DNA of 64,000 nt from Coriobacteriia bacterium (GTDB lineage: Bacteria > Actinomycetota > Coriobacteriia > Coriobacteriales > UBA8131): positions 10,019 to 74,018 of the forward strand of contig WRHU01000002.1 in the NCBI GenBank assembly GCA_009783085.1. Reading direction: 5' to 3'. Made by a program: the position numbers and the translations under genes. Positions within the stretch are counted from its first letter, which is position 1. Every line of letters starts with the position of its first letter. Positions 54,418-63,359 of the stretch are shown in pieces. The notes beneath the pieces were generated by a model, which saw only the letters and a list, made by a program, of their open reading frames with translations, did not search any database and was not told the DNA's origin.

Positions 54418-56227
54418 GTTTGATTGCCGAGATGGCAGCGCAAAAGCGGTCGGCAAAGCGGCTTAGGGTTTCTGAGCCGTTGGACGCCAAGTGTATGTGG
54501 ACCGCTCGGCGACCTCGCGAAGCAAGAACTTCAAAATCGCCACGGGCCTGGGCAACTGCGAGGTCGCCGAGCGTAAACTTCTCGCCGGGGACAACTAAAT
54601 CGTTATCCTCGTCGGCAGAAAGATACAAAAAGACGCCCGTGTTGGGTCCACCCTTGTGAAGTTGCCCCGTTGAGTGCAAGTAGCGTGGGCCAATCTCAAG
54701 ACAAGCTGCCACACCAAGGCGGCTCGCCACACGATTTCTCATGCGTTCTAGTGCCTCACGCCTGCCGTAGCCCCTAAAGGGCAAAAAAGCGTTAATCGAA
54801 AAATAGTCGCCCGCACACAGACTTTGCAGCAAAACACGCAGTGCAGCGTCTGCCGAGGCAAGCTCCTCGAGGTTCTGCTCAGCAATATCTTGTTCTGCAG
54901 TATCTTGCCCTGCAGCATCTTGCTCCGAGGCACCCTGTCCCAAAACACCTTGCTTCCCAGAAAGAAGTGCCGCACTAACACGCACGGTGCGCAGATAATC
55001 AGTTACTGGAAAGTCAATTTGTTTATAGTCGGGGCTTCGAGGAGCGCTGCCAGGCGTTTGCAGCAACAGTGTTTTAACCCGTTTTTTAGTTTCCTCAACA
55101 TCGGGCTGGTTAAAGGGGTTGACCTTGAGCAAAATACCGAGGAGCGCCGCCGCATACTCCCAAACAATAAAACGTGCAAACAGCTCCTCAACCGTATTGA
55201 GCGCATAGTGCCGTGTTGGAATACTCTTGTCAAAGTTTTTGAGCGACTCATCAAAACCCTCAGCGTGACCAACCTCATAGGTAATCGCACAGCGATCAGC
55301 GTGCGGCGTACTCAAAAGAGAAGCATCAACCTCAACATTGGGGAGAATGCCCCTGCCATCTTTTCCAAGCGACTCAGCCACCAGCTGCTCAATCCACAAG
55401 CCAAAAACTTGTCCAGAAGGGGGCATAACAAAAGAAACCTTGTTGCGGCCTTGTTGGTAGTTCTCGTATAAGAAACAGGCAAGATCTAAGGCAGGATTAT
55501 CTGGACTATCCAAGGCACCGAGCGCCTCAGTTTCAGCCGCCTTTGTAACCGCCGTTTCAATGTCTATTCCAATGAGCGCGGCGGGGAACAACGCAAATGC
55601 GCTCAACGCCGAGAAACGCCCCCCTACATTACTTGGGCCGGGCAGCACCAAACGATAGTTTTTCTCATGCGCTAGCTGCTCAAGCTCGCTTCCCTCGTCG
55701 GTAATAGCCACAAAGCGTTTTGCCGCACCCGTAGTACCCAAATGGCCGGTAACATATTGCCACACCACGCGCTCAAGCATAAGGGGCTCGATGGTTGAGC
55801 CCGATTTTGAGGAAACAATATAAAGCGTGCGGGCTGGGTCTGACGAACCAAGAATATGATTGACAAATACGGGAGAAAGCGAGTCCATAGTGCGAAACGC
55901 CACGTCGGTGCGTCCCGTGCTTACCTCATGCAGCTTGGTGATAGTCATAGATGCCTGTGACGAGCCACCCTGTCCGAGCAACACCACCGCGTCAAGCCCT
56001 TCCAAGCGAATGCCAGAGGCGATAGCCATTATTTCACTGGTTGCAAGGGGGGGCTTGGAGCAAAGCGTTGTCCAACCAAGGCGCTCGGTTGCATAAGCTT
56101 CAGCACCAGAAATCTCGTTGTAAAGCGAGGCATCGCACGCTGCTAAACGCGACGGTGCCTTGAGCTCGATAAGAGCTTCAAGGCACGCACGGTATTCTTT
56201 GCTGTATCCTCTACTTGGTTCATTCAT
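54401..56227 (-). CDS. pgi: Glucose-6-phosphate isomerase (PGI/SIS family)
   Basis: YIVSSKSGSTIEP and NVGGRFSALSAF PGI signatures. 608 aa, with a Q/D/A/E repeat insertion. Confidence 0.78.
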   Translation of the reverse strand: MNEPSRGYSKEYRACLEALIELKAPSRLAACDASLYNEISGAEAYATERLGWTTLCSKPPLATSEIMAIASGIRLEGLDAVVLLGQGGSSQASMTITKLHEVSTGRTDVAFRTMDSLSPVFVNHILGSSDPARTLYIVSSKSGSTIEPLMLERVVWQYVTGHLGTTGAAKRFVAITDEGSELEQLAHEKNYRLVLPGPSNVGGRFSALSAFALFPAALIGIDIETAVTKAAETEALGALDSPDNPALDLACFLYENYQQGRNKVSFVMPPSGQVFGLWIEQLVAESLGKDGRGILPNVEVDASLLSTPHADRCAITYEVGHAEGFDESLKNFDKSIPTRHYALNTVEELFARFIVWEYAAALLGILLKVNPFNQPDVEETKKRVKTLLLQTPGSAPRSPDYKQIDFPVTDYLRTVRVSAALLSGKQGVLGQGASEQDAAGQDTAEQDIAEQNLEELASADAALRVLLQSLCAGDYFSINAFLPFRGYGRREALERMRNRVASRLGVAACLEIGPRYLHSTGQLHKGGPNTGVFLYLSADEDNDLVVPGEKFTLGDLAVAQARGDFEVLASRGRRAVHIHLASNGSETLSRFADRFCAAISAIKRPAEQ

Positions 56228-56266
56228 AATGGTACCGTTCGATTATTTTGCTAAATAATTTAGCAA

Positions 56267-57139
56267 TTATTTTTCTTCAGCTGCTTCTTTGACAGCGTCG
56301 GCTGCGTCGACAACTTCCTCGGCTGCTTTTTCGGCAGCCTCTTCGGCCTTCTCGACAACTTCCTCGACTGCCTTTTCGGCAGCCTCAGCAACAGCCTCTT
56401 TTGCGTCCTCAGCTACTTCGGCAGCTTTATCGGCTACATCCTCAACAACCTCGGCAGCTTTATCGGCTACGTCCTCAGCTACTTCGGCAGCTTTATCGGC
56501 TACAGCTTCGGCAGCCTCTTCAGCCTTCTCAGCAACTTCCTCAGCAGCCTCAGCCACTTCAGCAGCCTCCTCGGCTACAGCCTCAGCGACCTCCTCAGCA
56601 GCGTCAGTAGCTTTATCAGCAGCAGCCTCAACGCCCTCGACGGCCTCGTCAATTACCTCAGCGCCGTCTTCTTCAGCTTTGGCTTTCGCCTTGGCTCCAG
56701 CTGCCTTGGCTCCAGCAGCTTTGGCACCAGCGCCCTTCTCGCCCGACTTCTCGTCAGCAAGTTTTTCTTTCTTTTTAACAGGCTCTTGCACCAGCTCCAT
56801 AATCACAATGGTGGCAGAATCGCCACGGCGTGCGCCGAGCTTGAGGATACGTGTGTAACCACCCTCACGGTCTTTGAACAGACCCTGCTCAACCTTGGCA
56901 AAAATCTCGCCTACAAGATCCTTATCGCCAAGCTTTGCAATCGCAAGACGGCGAGAATGTACATCGCCACGCTTTGCCCACGTGATAACGCGATCCACGT
57001 CGCCGCGAATCTCCTTAGCACGCTCAAGCGTTGTTTTGATGCGGTCGTTGGTAAACAACGCCACACACAGGTTTTTCTTAATGGCCTTGGTATGGCTCGC
57101 GTCAGTTCCGAGCTTACGGCCTTTCTTGTAGTGTCTCAT
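56267..57139 (-). CDS. rplQ: 50S ribosomal protein L17 with a ~170-aa A/E/K-rich C-terminal tail
   Basis: MRHYKKGRKLGTDASHTKAI...GGYTRILKLGARRGD core of about 118 aa, followed by an acidic alanine-rich repeat region. Confidence 0.93.
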   Translation of the reverse strand: MRHYKKGRKLGTDASHTKAIKKNLCVALFTNDRIKTTLERAKEIRGDVDRVITWAKRGDVHSRRLAIAKLGDKDLVGEIFAKVEQGLFKDREGGYTRILKLGARRGDSATIVIMELVQEPVKKKEKLADEKSGEKGAGAKAAGAKAAGAKAKAKAEEDGAEVIDEAVEGVEAAADKATDAAEEVAEAVAEEAAEVAEAAEEVAEKAEEAAEAVADKAAEVAEDVADKAAEVVEDVADKAAEVAEDAKEAVAEAAEKAVEEVVEKAEEAAEKAAEEVVDAADAVKEAAEEK

Positions 57140-57168
57140 TTGTGTGTTCCTTCACAGTATGGTTTGAC

Positions 57169-58110
57169 TTAGGGCTTTAAGTCCAGCTCAATCGAACGAA
57201 GCTTGTCTTTGACTTCCTCGATTGACTTTGCCCCAAAGTTTCGGATATTGAGCAGGTCGTTTTCGCTCAGGTCAACAAGTTGACGCAGGCTGTGTATGCC
57301 CGCACGCTTAAGGCAGTTGTATGAGCGCACCGATAAGTCCAGCTCCTCAACCTGCTTGTCCAGCTCAGTGTTGACGCCTTGATTGTCGCTCTGGAAAATG
57401 CTTGCTACCTCGCGCTCAAACTCACCCTCACCCAGTATCATAAATGCCTCGGCATGCTGCATAACAATGTTTGAAGCACGCACTACTGCATCGGTAGGGG
57501 TAATTGAGCCGTTGGTTTCGACCTCAAGAATAAGGCGATCGTAGTCGGTACGCTGACCAACACGAGTGTCGGTAACATTCATCGTACAGCGTCGCACCGG
57601 CGAGAACAGAGAATCCACATGGATAATACCAATGGGGTCTGTTTCGCGCTTGTTGCGGTCGGCGCCAATGTAGCCACGTCCAACACCAATGCGCATTTCC
57701 ATCTCAAGCTTGCCACCCTCGGCAAGCGTAGCAATAACATGGTCGGTGTTGATAAGATTAAACTCAGCTGGCACGGCAATATCGGCACCGGTAACCACAC
57801 AGGGGCCCGTTGCAGATATGGTCGCCGTAGCTTCCTCGCCTGTTTCCATCGAGCTAAATACCAAACCTTTGACGTTTAGCACAATGTCGGTAACGTCTTC
57901 GATGATGCCCTCGGCGGCGGTGAACTCATGTTGCACGCCTTCGATTTTTATAGCGGTAGCAGCGGCACCGTCAAGCGAGGAGAGCAGCACGCGACGCATG
58001 CTGTTGCCAAGCGTTTGACCGTAACCACGCTCAAGTGGCTCGACAATGAAGCGTGCAAGCGTATCGCTGACCTCTTCTATTTTTACTTCTGGTCGCATGA
58101 ACTCTGTCAT
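57169..58110 (-). CDS. rpoA: DNA-directed RNA polymerase subunit alpha
   Basis: FIVEPLERGYGQTLGNSMRRVLLSS N-terminal domain, and a C-terminal domain with LDLSVRSYNCLKRAGI. Confidence 0.95.
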   Translation of the reverse strand: MTEFMRPEVKIEEVSDTLARFIVEPLERGYGQTLGNSMRRVLLSSLDGAAATAIKIEGVQHEFTAAEGIIEDVTDIVLNVKGLVFSSMETGEEATATISATGPCVVTGADIAVPAEFNLINTDHVIATLAEGGKLEMEMRIGVGRGYIGADRNKRETDPIGIIHVDSLFSPVRRCTMNVTDTRVGQRTDYDRLILEVETNGSITPTDAVVRASNIVMQHAEAFMILGEGEFEREVASIFQSDNQGVNTELDKQVEELDLSVRSYNCLKRAGIHSLRQLVDLSENDLLNIRNFGAKSIEEVKDKLRSIELDLKP

Positions 58111-58163
58111 TCGTGAATCCCTTTCGCTTATTGTTTATACGCGTAATGTTTACTTCAATACGT

Positions 58164-58790
58164 TTACTTCGAGTAAAGCTCGACGATGAGCTGCTCTCGA
58201 ATATCAAGATCAATCTGCTCACGGGACGGAAGCTCAAGAACTGAACCTTGCAGCTTCTCAATATCGACCTCAAGCCACTGCGGCACCTCGGTACGCTCGC
58301 TTGAAACTAGCGCGCTTTTTATAACGAGGAGGTCTTTTGCCTTGGTTGCAACCGCTACCAAATCGCCAGAGCGTACACGGAATGACGGAATGTCAACACG
58401 ACGACCATTTACGGTGATGTGACCATGGCGCACCTGCTGGCGAGCCTCGTCACGCGACTTGGCAAAACCAAGACGGTACACCACGTTGTCCAAGCGAGAT
58501 TCCAAGATACGCAAAAGGTTCTCACCGGTAACGCCTTGCTGGCGGTTTGCTAATTCATAATAACCACGGAACTGTTTTTCGAGCAGTCCGTAGATACGTT
58601 TGGTTTTTTGTTTCTCGCGCAATTGGAGTCGGTACTCAGACTCTTTTACGCGCTTTTTGCCGGCCTCACCCGGCGCATAGGGACGACGCTCAACCGCACA
58701 CTTATCGGTATAGCAACGGTCACCCTTTAAGAACAGCTTGCCACCTTCGCGTCGGCAAAGACGACAGTCTGCTCCGGTATATCTAGCCAT
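58164..58790 (-). CDS. rpsD: 30S ribosomal protein S4
   Basis: [26 protein letters not shown]... Confidence 0.95.
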   Translation of the reverse strand: MARYTGADCRLCRREGGKLFLKGDRCYTDKCAVERRPYAPGEAGKKRVKESEYRLQLREKQKTKRIYGLLEKQFRGYYELANRQQGVTGENLLRILESRLDNVVYRLGFAKSRDEARQQVRHGHITVNGRRVDIPSFRVRSGDLVAVATKAKDLLVIKSALVSSERTEVPQWLEVDIEKLQGSVLELPSREQIDLDIREQLIVELYSK

Positions 58791-58894
58791 TGTTATTCCT
58801 TCCTAAAATACAAAATAGACGGCAGCGCAGCCGTGTGACAAAGCTTTTTGGGCTTTAGGTTCACACTGTGCGTGCCACACACAATCAAACGTGA

Positions 58895-59293
58895 TTACAC
58901 GCGGCGACGCTTGCGCTGACGCACTCCGTTGTGCGGAATGGGCGTGCAGTCCTGAATAGACGCAACCTCCAAGCCAGCAGCTTGAAGCGTACGAATGGCC
59001 GTCTCACGACCAGAACCAGGACCTTTCACAAAAACAGCCACCTTGCGCAGACCGTGCTCTTGGGCAACCTTGGCGCAAGCCTCGGCAGCCATTTGAGCGG
59101 CAAAGGGGGTAGACTTACGCGAGCCCTTAAAGCCCACGGTACCCGCACTCTTCCACACAATGACGTTGCCCTGTGGGTCGGTAATGCTAATGATGGTGTT
59201 GTTAAAGGTAGACTTTATGTGCGCCTGACCCACTGCAATGTTCTTACGTTCCGAACGCTTGACGCGGGTGCGCACCTGTTTCTTAGCAGCCAT
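58895..59293 (-). CDS. rpsK: 30S ribosomal protein S11
   Basis: [24 protein letters not shown]...[14 protein letters not shown]. Confidence 0.95.
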   Translation of the reverse strand: MAAKKQVRTRVKRSERKNIAVGQAHIKSTFNNTIISITDPQGNVIVWKSAGTVGFKGSRKSTPFAAQMAAEACAKVAQEHGLRKVAVFVKGPGSGRETAIRTLQAAGLEVASIQDCTPIPHNGVRQRKRRRV

Positions 59294-59661
59294 TACTTCT
59301 TCTTACCTCCGATCTGCTTACGAGGACCTTTGCGCGTACGTGCATTGGTATGCGTACGCTGTCCACGTACGGGCAGACCCCTGCGGTGACGCAAACCACG
59401 GTAGCAGCCAATTTCCATTAACCGCTTGATGTTTTGCGATGTTTCTCTGCGCAGGTCGCCCTCGACCTTGAGGTTTTTGTCGATATACTCGCGTAGGTGG
59501 ACTGTTTCTTCTTCCGTAAGATCCTTGACGCGCGTATCGGGGTTAATACCCGTTGCCGCAAGAATCTCATGCGAAGTGGTCAGTCCGACTCCGAAAATGT
59601 AGGTCAACCCAATCTCAACGCGTTTCTCGCGCGGTAGGTCAACACCGGAAATACGGGCCAT
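59293..59661 (-). CDS. rpsM: 30S ribosomal protein S13
   Basis: [29 protein letters not shown] at 59661 follows GGAGGAG. The stop overlaps the rpsK start as TAATG. Confidence 0.95.
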   Translation of the reverse strand: MARISGVDLPREKRVEIGLTYIFGVGLTTSHEILAATGINPDTRVKDLTEEETVHLREYIDKNLKVEGDLRRETSQNIKRLMEIGCYRGLRHRRGLPVRGQRTHTNARTRKGPRKQIGGKKK

Positions 59662-59675
59662 GCAGTAACTCCTCC

Positions 59676-59789
59676 CTAGCCCTGACGCTGCTTGTGACGA
59701 GGGTTTTCGCAAATAACGAGTACCCTGCCATGGCGTCGGATAATTTTACATTTGTCACACATTTTTTTTACCGAAGGTCGTACCTTCAT
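59676..59789 (-). CDS. rpmJ: 50S ribosomal protein L36
   Basis: Translated by hand: [37 protein letters not shown]. Below the ORF-track length cutoff. Confidence 0.93.
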   Translation of the reverse strand: MKVRPSVKKMCDKCKIIRRHGRVLVICENPRHKQRQG

Positions 59790-59807
59790 GATAGTTCTCC
59801 TTGCTCG

Positions 59808-59929
59808 TTTGTAACACGTATTTCTACGTTGTAACTCGTATCTCTACGCCGCAGCCGCCGGCGTTTATTTTCCTACTCTTATATTATGTCCACGCCGCAG
59901 CCGCGGGCGTTTATTTTTCTACTTATAAC
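59808..59929. repeat. Two nested tandem duplications downstream of infA (20 nt x2, then ~40 nt x2 including the infA stop and a hairpin)
   Basis: TTGTAACACGTATTTCTACG / TTGTAACTCGTATCTCTACG. Then ACGCCGCAGCCGCCGGCGTTTATTTTCCTACTCTTATA / ACGCCGCAGCCGCGGGCGTTTATTTTTCTACTTATAAC (genic). Confidence 0.9.
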
Positions 59930-60137
59930 GATACGTAATGCGCCCACGATTAAGGTCATAGGGAGAAAGCTCCACCGTTACCTTGTCGCCGGGAAGTATG
60001 CGAATGTAGTGCATACGCATCTTTCCTGAAATGTGCGCAAGCACCACATGACCGTTTTCAAGCTCAACCTTAAACATTGCGTTGGGCAGGGGCTCAACTA
60101 CAACGCCCTCAAGCTCGATTGCATCTTCTTTACTCAA
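59919..60137 (-). CDS. infA: Translation initiation factor IF-1
   Basis: [52 protein letters not shown]. The start codon is TTG. Confidence 0.95.
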   Translation of the reverse strand: MSKEDAIELEGVVVEPLPNAMFKVELENGHVVLAHISGKMRMHYIRILPGDKVTVELSPYDLNRGRITYRYK

Positions 60138-60335
60138 AAAATCTAACTCTTTCTCACGTTGTTACACAGCGTGTTAGCTCTCTAAAGCTGCACATTGGCA
60201 GCGCACATGTTGCGCATAAATGACGCACAAGGCCACGTAAACATTACGCATAAGCCATGCATAAAACTACGCATGAGAGCCACACGACACCCCGCGGTGA
60301 GCAAAATAAGCCCTCCGCAAAAGGCGCAACTTGCT

Positions 60336-60365
60336 ATGATAGCGCATATTCCCTCATAAATGCAA
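60336..60365 (-). promoter_or_regulatory. Sigma-70-like promoter upstream of infA
   Basis: Minus strand: TTGCAT (60360-60365), 18-nt spacer, TATCAT (60336-60341). Implies a leader of about 190 nt. Confidence 0.4.
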
Positions 60366-60469
60366 GGGTTTTGAAAAAATAATTTGTGAAAATTTGAAAA
60401 GGGCGGCTTGCGGCACGCTCTTTGCCAATTCTGTCGAAACTACAAGAAAACTTACAGAAAAAATGCCCG

Positions 60470-61834
60470 CTAAACAAAAACGCGATAGGTGTAGTGAACA
60501 GCGGAGCTGCCGAGCAGGTTGTCGGTTCGAAAATCATAGACTTTTAGCGTGGCATTGAGGTCGGTGAGCTGGGAGAGATCGTAGGCGGATTCCAGAAAAA
60601 GGGTGGTTTCATAACTCACGCCTGCGGCGACCGACTGAGCATCAAGCTCTGCGTAATTGTCGCGATACCCATTTATCTGCACGCCTTCAAGTTCAAGCCT
60701 AATCCTGCTCTCTGTTTTGTTCTTAACAACCACCACAAAATCGGTGCCATGCTCATAGCGACGCGCCGTTCCCGTAAAGGTAATGGTCACAAACTCATTG
60801 TCGGCAAGCACGCGAGCACTACTGGTAGACGGAGCCTGAGCAATAAGCCCCCCGGAGCTCGCTTTGCTTGTGTTAGCAAGAGCGACCACCATGATGCCAA
60901 TGCTCAGAAGAACTGCCGCAGCAAGAATAATCATAAGTACGGCGGAGCTGAGTTTCTTTTTGGGCGGTTGCAATACGGATTGGTAGCCAGCTGGGTAGGC
61001 CGATTGGTGAACCGATTGGTGGGCCAGCTGACCGATTTGGTAGGCGGGCCACTGGCTGGGCTGATAGTTGGGCTGATGGTTGGGTTGATGGTTGGGCTGG
61101 CCAGCTTGATAGCCAGGCTGGTAGCCGGATTGATTACCTTGGTTGCTGGGTTGGAAGCCAGGCTGATAGCCAGGTTGATACACGCCAGCACCCAGCATCT
61201 GCGGATAATGCGTTCCTTGCGCACCAGGCGGGTAGTGCGGACTTTTGGTTGCTTGTTGGTGAGGTGCTGCTAGTTTGAACTGAGCTTGCCCGCCGGGATT
61301 TTGTGCGTTGGGCATAACGCGTCCCAACTGTTGCGGAGCAGGTGCTGGTTTGGTTTGTTTGGGCTGCATAGGTTGCGGAGCGGGTTTTGTTAGTTTAGGT
61401 TGCGTGGGCTTAACCGCTGCTGGTTTAGCGGCTCGCTTGGTAGCAGCTTGCTTAGTGGGCTGCTTGGCGGGTTGCTTGGCGGGTTGCTTGGCGGCAGTTC
61501 GTTTGACTGGTTGTTTGGTGGCTGCTGGTTTGGTCGTAGCTTTGGCAGCAGCAGTTGCGGCAGCTTTGGTCGTAGCCTTGGCAGCAGATTTTACAGCAGC
61601 CTTAGCAGCAGGACGTTTTGCGGCAGCCTTTGCAACAGGCTTAGCCACCCCTTTGACAGTTGGCTTAACCGCCCCTTTGACAGCAGGCTTAGCCACCCCT
61701 TTTACAGCGGGCTTGGCAGCAGCAGTTGCCGCCCCTTTGGCAGCAGCATTTTTTGCTGCTGCTCGCTTGACAGTCTGCCCAGCAGCCTTGGCTGCCGGCT
61801 TAGCTCCCTGCCCTGTTGTTTTTTTAGCTGGCAT
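60470..61834 (-). CDS. Hypothetical bitopic membrane protein: A/K/P-rich basic N-terminal region, Q/P/G/Y-rich linker, TM, C-terminal beta-rich domain
   Basis: 454 aa. About 150 aa of AAKxxAKPA-type repeats, then PGYQ repeats, one TM (AVLMIILAAAVLLSIGIMVVALA) and a non-repetitive domain of about 130 aa. No family recognised. Confidence 0.55.
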   Translation of the reverse strand: MPAKKTTGQGAKPAAKAAGQTVKRAAAKNAAAKGAATAAAKPAVKGVAKPAVKGAVKPTVKGVAKPVAKAAAKRPAAKAAVKSAAKATTKAAATAAAKATTKPAATKQPVKRTAAKQPAKQPAKQPTKQAATKRAAKPAAVKPTQPKLTKPAPQPMQPKQTKPAPAPQQLGRVMPNAQNPGGQAQFKLAAPHQQATKSPHYPPGAQGTHYPQMLGAGVYQPGYQPGFQPSNQGNQSGYQPGYQAGQPNHQPNHQPNYQPSQWPAYQIGQLAHQSVHQSAYPAGYQSVLQPPKKKLSSAVLMIILAAAVLLSIGIMVVALANTSKASSGGLIAQAPSTSSARVLADNEFVTITFTGTARRYEHGTDFVVVVKNKTESRIRLELEGVQINGYRDNYAELDAQSVAAGVSYETTLFLESAYDLSQLTDLNATLKVYDFRTDNLLGSSAVHYTYRVFV

Positions 61835-61839
61835 ACGCT

Positions 61840-62718
61840 TTAGCGCTCTCCGTCGGTAGTAAAGAACAAAGCAACCGTTCCCGGTCCTGAATGAGCGGCA
61901 ATAACAGGGTCAAGATAGTGAATAAGAATGTCGCTCACGCCGTACTTCTCCTTAAGTGAGTCGGCAACAAACTGAGCCTCCTCAAGACAGTCGCCATGAG
62001 AAATAGCAACAAACTGCTCGGCTTTGGGCTCGGCAGCGGTTTCTCCAAACTTGTCAACAAGAGCCATAAGCGACTTTTTGCGACCGCGCACCTTGTCAAC
62101 AGGCACAAGTTTTCCCTCGGCGTCAATATGAAGCACCGGTTTGATATTGAGCATCGTGCCCGCAACGGCAACGCCTTTCGAAAGACGTCCGCCCCGCTGC
62201 AAGAAATTGAGGTCGTCAACGGTAAACCAGTGCGCAAACGTGAGCAGATGCTCCTGCGCCCACTGAGCAACAGCCTCCAAAGACTCGCCTTTGTCGCGGC
62301 GCTGAGCAGCCTCAAGCACCAAACGCCCCATACCAAGTGCGGCAGCTTTGGTGTCAACGCAAAAGAGTGTGCGCTCAGGGTACTCGGTGGCGGCAATGCC
62401 TTTAATGTGCGTGCTTATCATATCGTAGGTGCCCGAAAGCGCAGAGTCAAAACCGAGATACAAAACGTCGCGCCCCGCATCAAATTGCTCACGCAGGAGC
62501 TTCTCGGCATCTTCAATGCGAGCAAGCGAGGTGAGAATAACTTTGCCCTCACGCATCATGTCATAAAATTGCTTGAGGTCGGTAAAATCACCCTTGAGAT
62601 AGCTGCGATAAATTGCTCCCTCAACGTTGAATTCGAGGGACATAATTTGAAGGTCGTATTGGTCGATAATCTCCTCAGGGAGATTTGATGATGAATCGGT
62701 GAGGATTCCAAAGGTCAT
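61840..62718 (-). CDS. DegV-family fatty-acid-binding protein
   Basis: MTFGILTDSSSNLPEE start and overall DegV pattern (ISHGDC..., TLSGTY-like motif). Confidence 0.88.
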   Translation of the reverse strand: MTFGILTDSSSNLPEEIIDQYDLQIMSLEFNVEGAIYRSYLKGDFTDLKQFYDMMREGKVILTSLARIEDAEKLLREQFDAGRDVLYLGFDSALSGTYDMISTHIKGIAATEYPERTLFCVDTKAAALGMGRLVLEAAQRRDKGESLEAVAQWAQEHLLTFAHWFTVDDLNFLQRGGRLSKGVAVAGTMLNIKPVLHIDAEGKLVPVDKVRGRKKSLMALVDKFGETAAEPKAEQFVAISHGDCLEEAQFVADSLKEKYGVSDILIHYLDPVIAAHSGPGTVALFFTTDGER

Positions 62719-62944
62719 GGTAGCTCCTAGCTTGGTTGGTCGCTGGCGTAATTGTTAGTGCCCAACACCAGTGCACGTGTTGGCGCGCAATTATTACTAA
62801 AGTCATCACTAATATAACGGCTACTATGATAACAGGTTAGACGGCCTGGGGGCGCTCAAACACGCACACCGTTCGCTTTTTGTTTCAATCCATTTTGCCT
62901 TGTTGGTGCGGGGTTAAAACTCTGACAATCGCCTTGGCACACGC

Positions 62945-62994
62945 TTGACAGCTCATGCGTAGAGGAGTATCATTTGTAATACGGTATTACAAAT
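62945..62994 (+). promoter_or_regulatory. Promoter plus palindromic operator of the DinJ-like/PIN operon
   Basis: TTGACA (62945-62950), 17-nt spacer, TATCAT (62968-62973). The palindrome ATTTGTAATAC-G-GTATTACAAAT (62972-62994), perfect apart from the single central base, overlaps the -10 and the likely TSS. Confidence 0.5.
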
Positions 62995-63008
62995 AGAGGA
63001 GAATGCTC

Positions 63009-63359
63009 ATGGAAGCAATGGTGACGGCACGGGTGCCTCATGAAACAAAAAAGCGTGCTAGCAAGGTGTTTGACTCCTTGGGCGTTACCACCTCGCAGGT
63101 AATAAACGCGCTTTTTGAAAGTGTTGTTAGCAATAAAGGGTTGCCCGAGTTTCGCTCGGAGGAACAAATTATGTTTGAAAATAAAGAGCGAGTACTTGAC
63201 CCGCAAAACCTCACGCCCAAAATGAAGCGCATGCTCAGAGCAATGAAGTCTATCCAAGACCAGCCACCCATAGATTGGGGCGAGGACGCAAATAGGCCGT
63301 TCAAAGAGCTTTTAGAGGAACGTCGGGAGGAGCGCCATGAGGCTCTTTTTGGACACTAA
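63009..63359 (+). CDS. RelB/DinJ-like antitoxin
   Basis: MEAMVTARVPHETKKRASKVFDSLGVTTSQVINALFESVVSNKGLPEF. ATG at 63009 lies 7 nt after AGAGGAG. The ORF-track start at 63003 is too close to the RBS. Confidence 0.65.
   Translation: MEAMVTARVPHETKKRASKVFDSLGVTTSQVINALFESVVSNKGLPEFRSEEQIMFENKERVLDPQNLTPKMKRMLRAMKSIQDQPPIDWGEDANRPFKELLEERREERHEALFGH

Noticed and set aside
56289-56858. 189-aa Ser/Ala/Thr-rich ORF on the + strand, with similar ones at 8950-9420, 14729-15082 and 61308-61859
   Set aside because: They are mirror images of low-complexity repeat regions in the real minus-strand genes (the L17 tail, the AKT-tail protein, the LuxR T/A repeat and the AKP-rich protein).
60334-60537. 67-aa minus-strand ORF between infA and the AKP-rich protein gene
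   Set aside because: It overlaps the 3' end of the upstream gene and the predicted infA promoter. No RBS.
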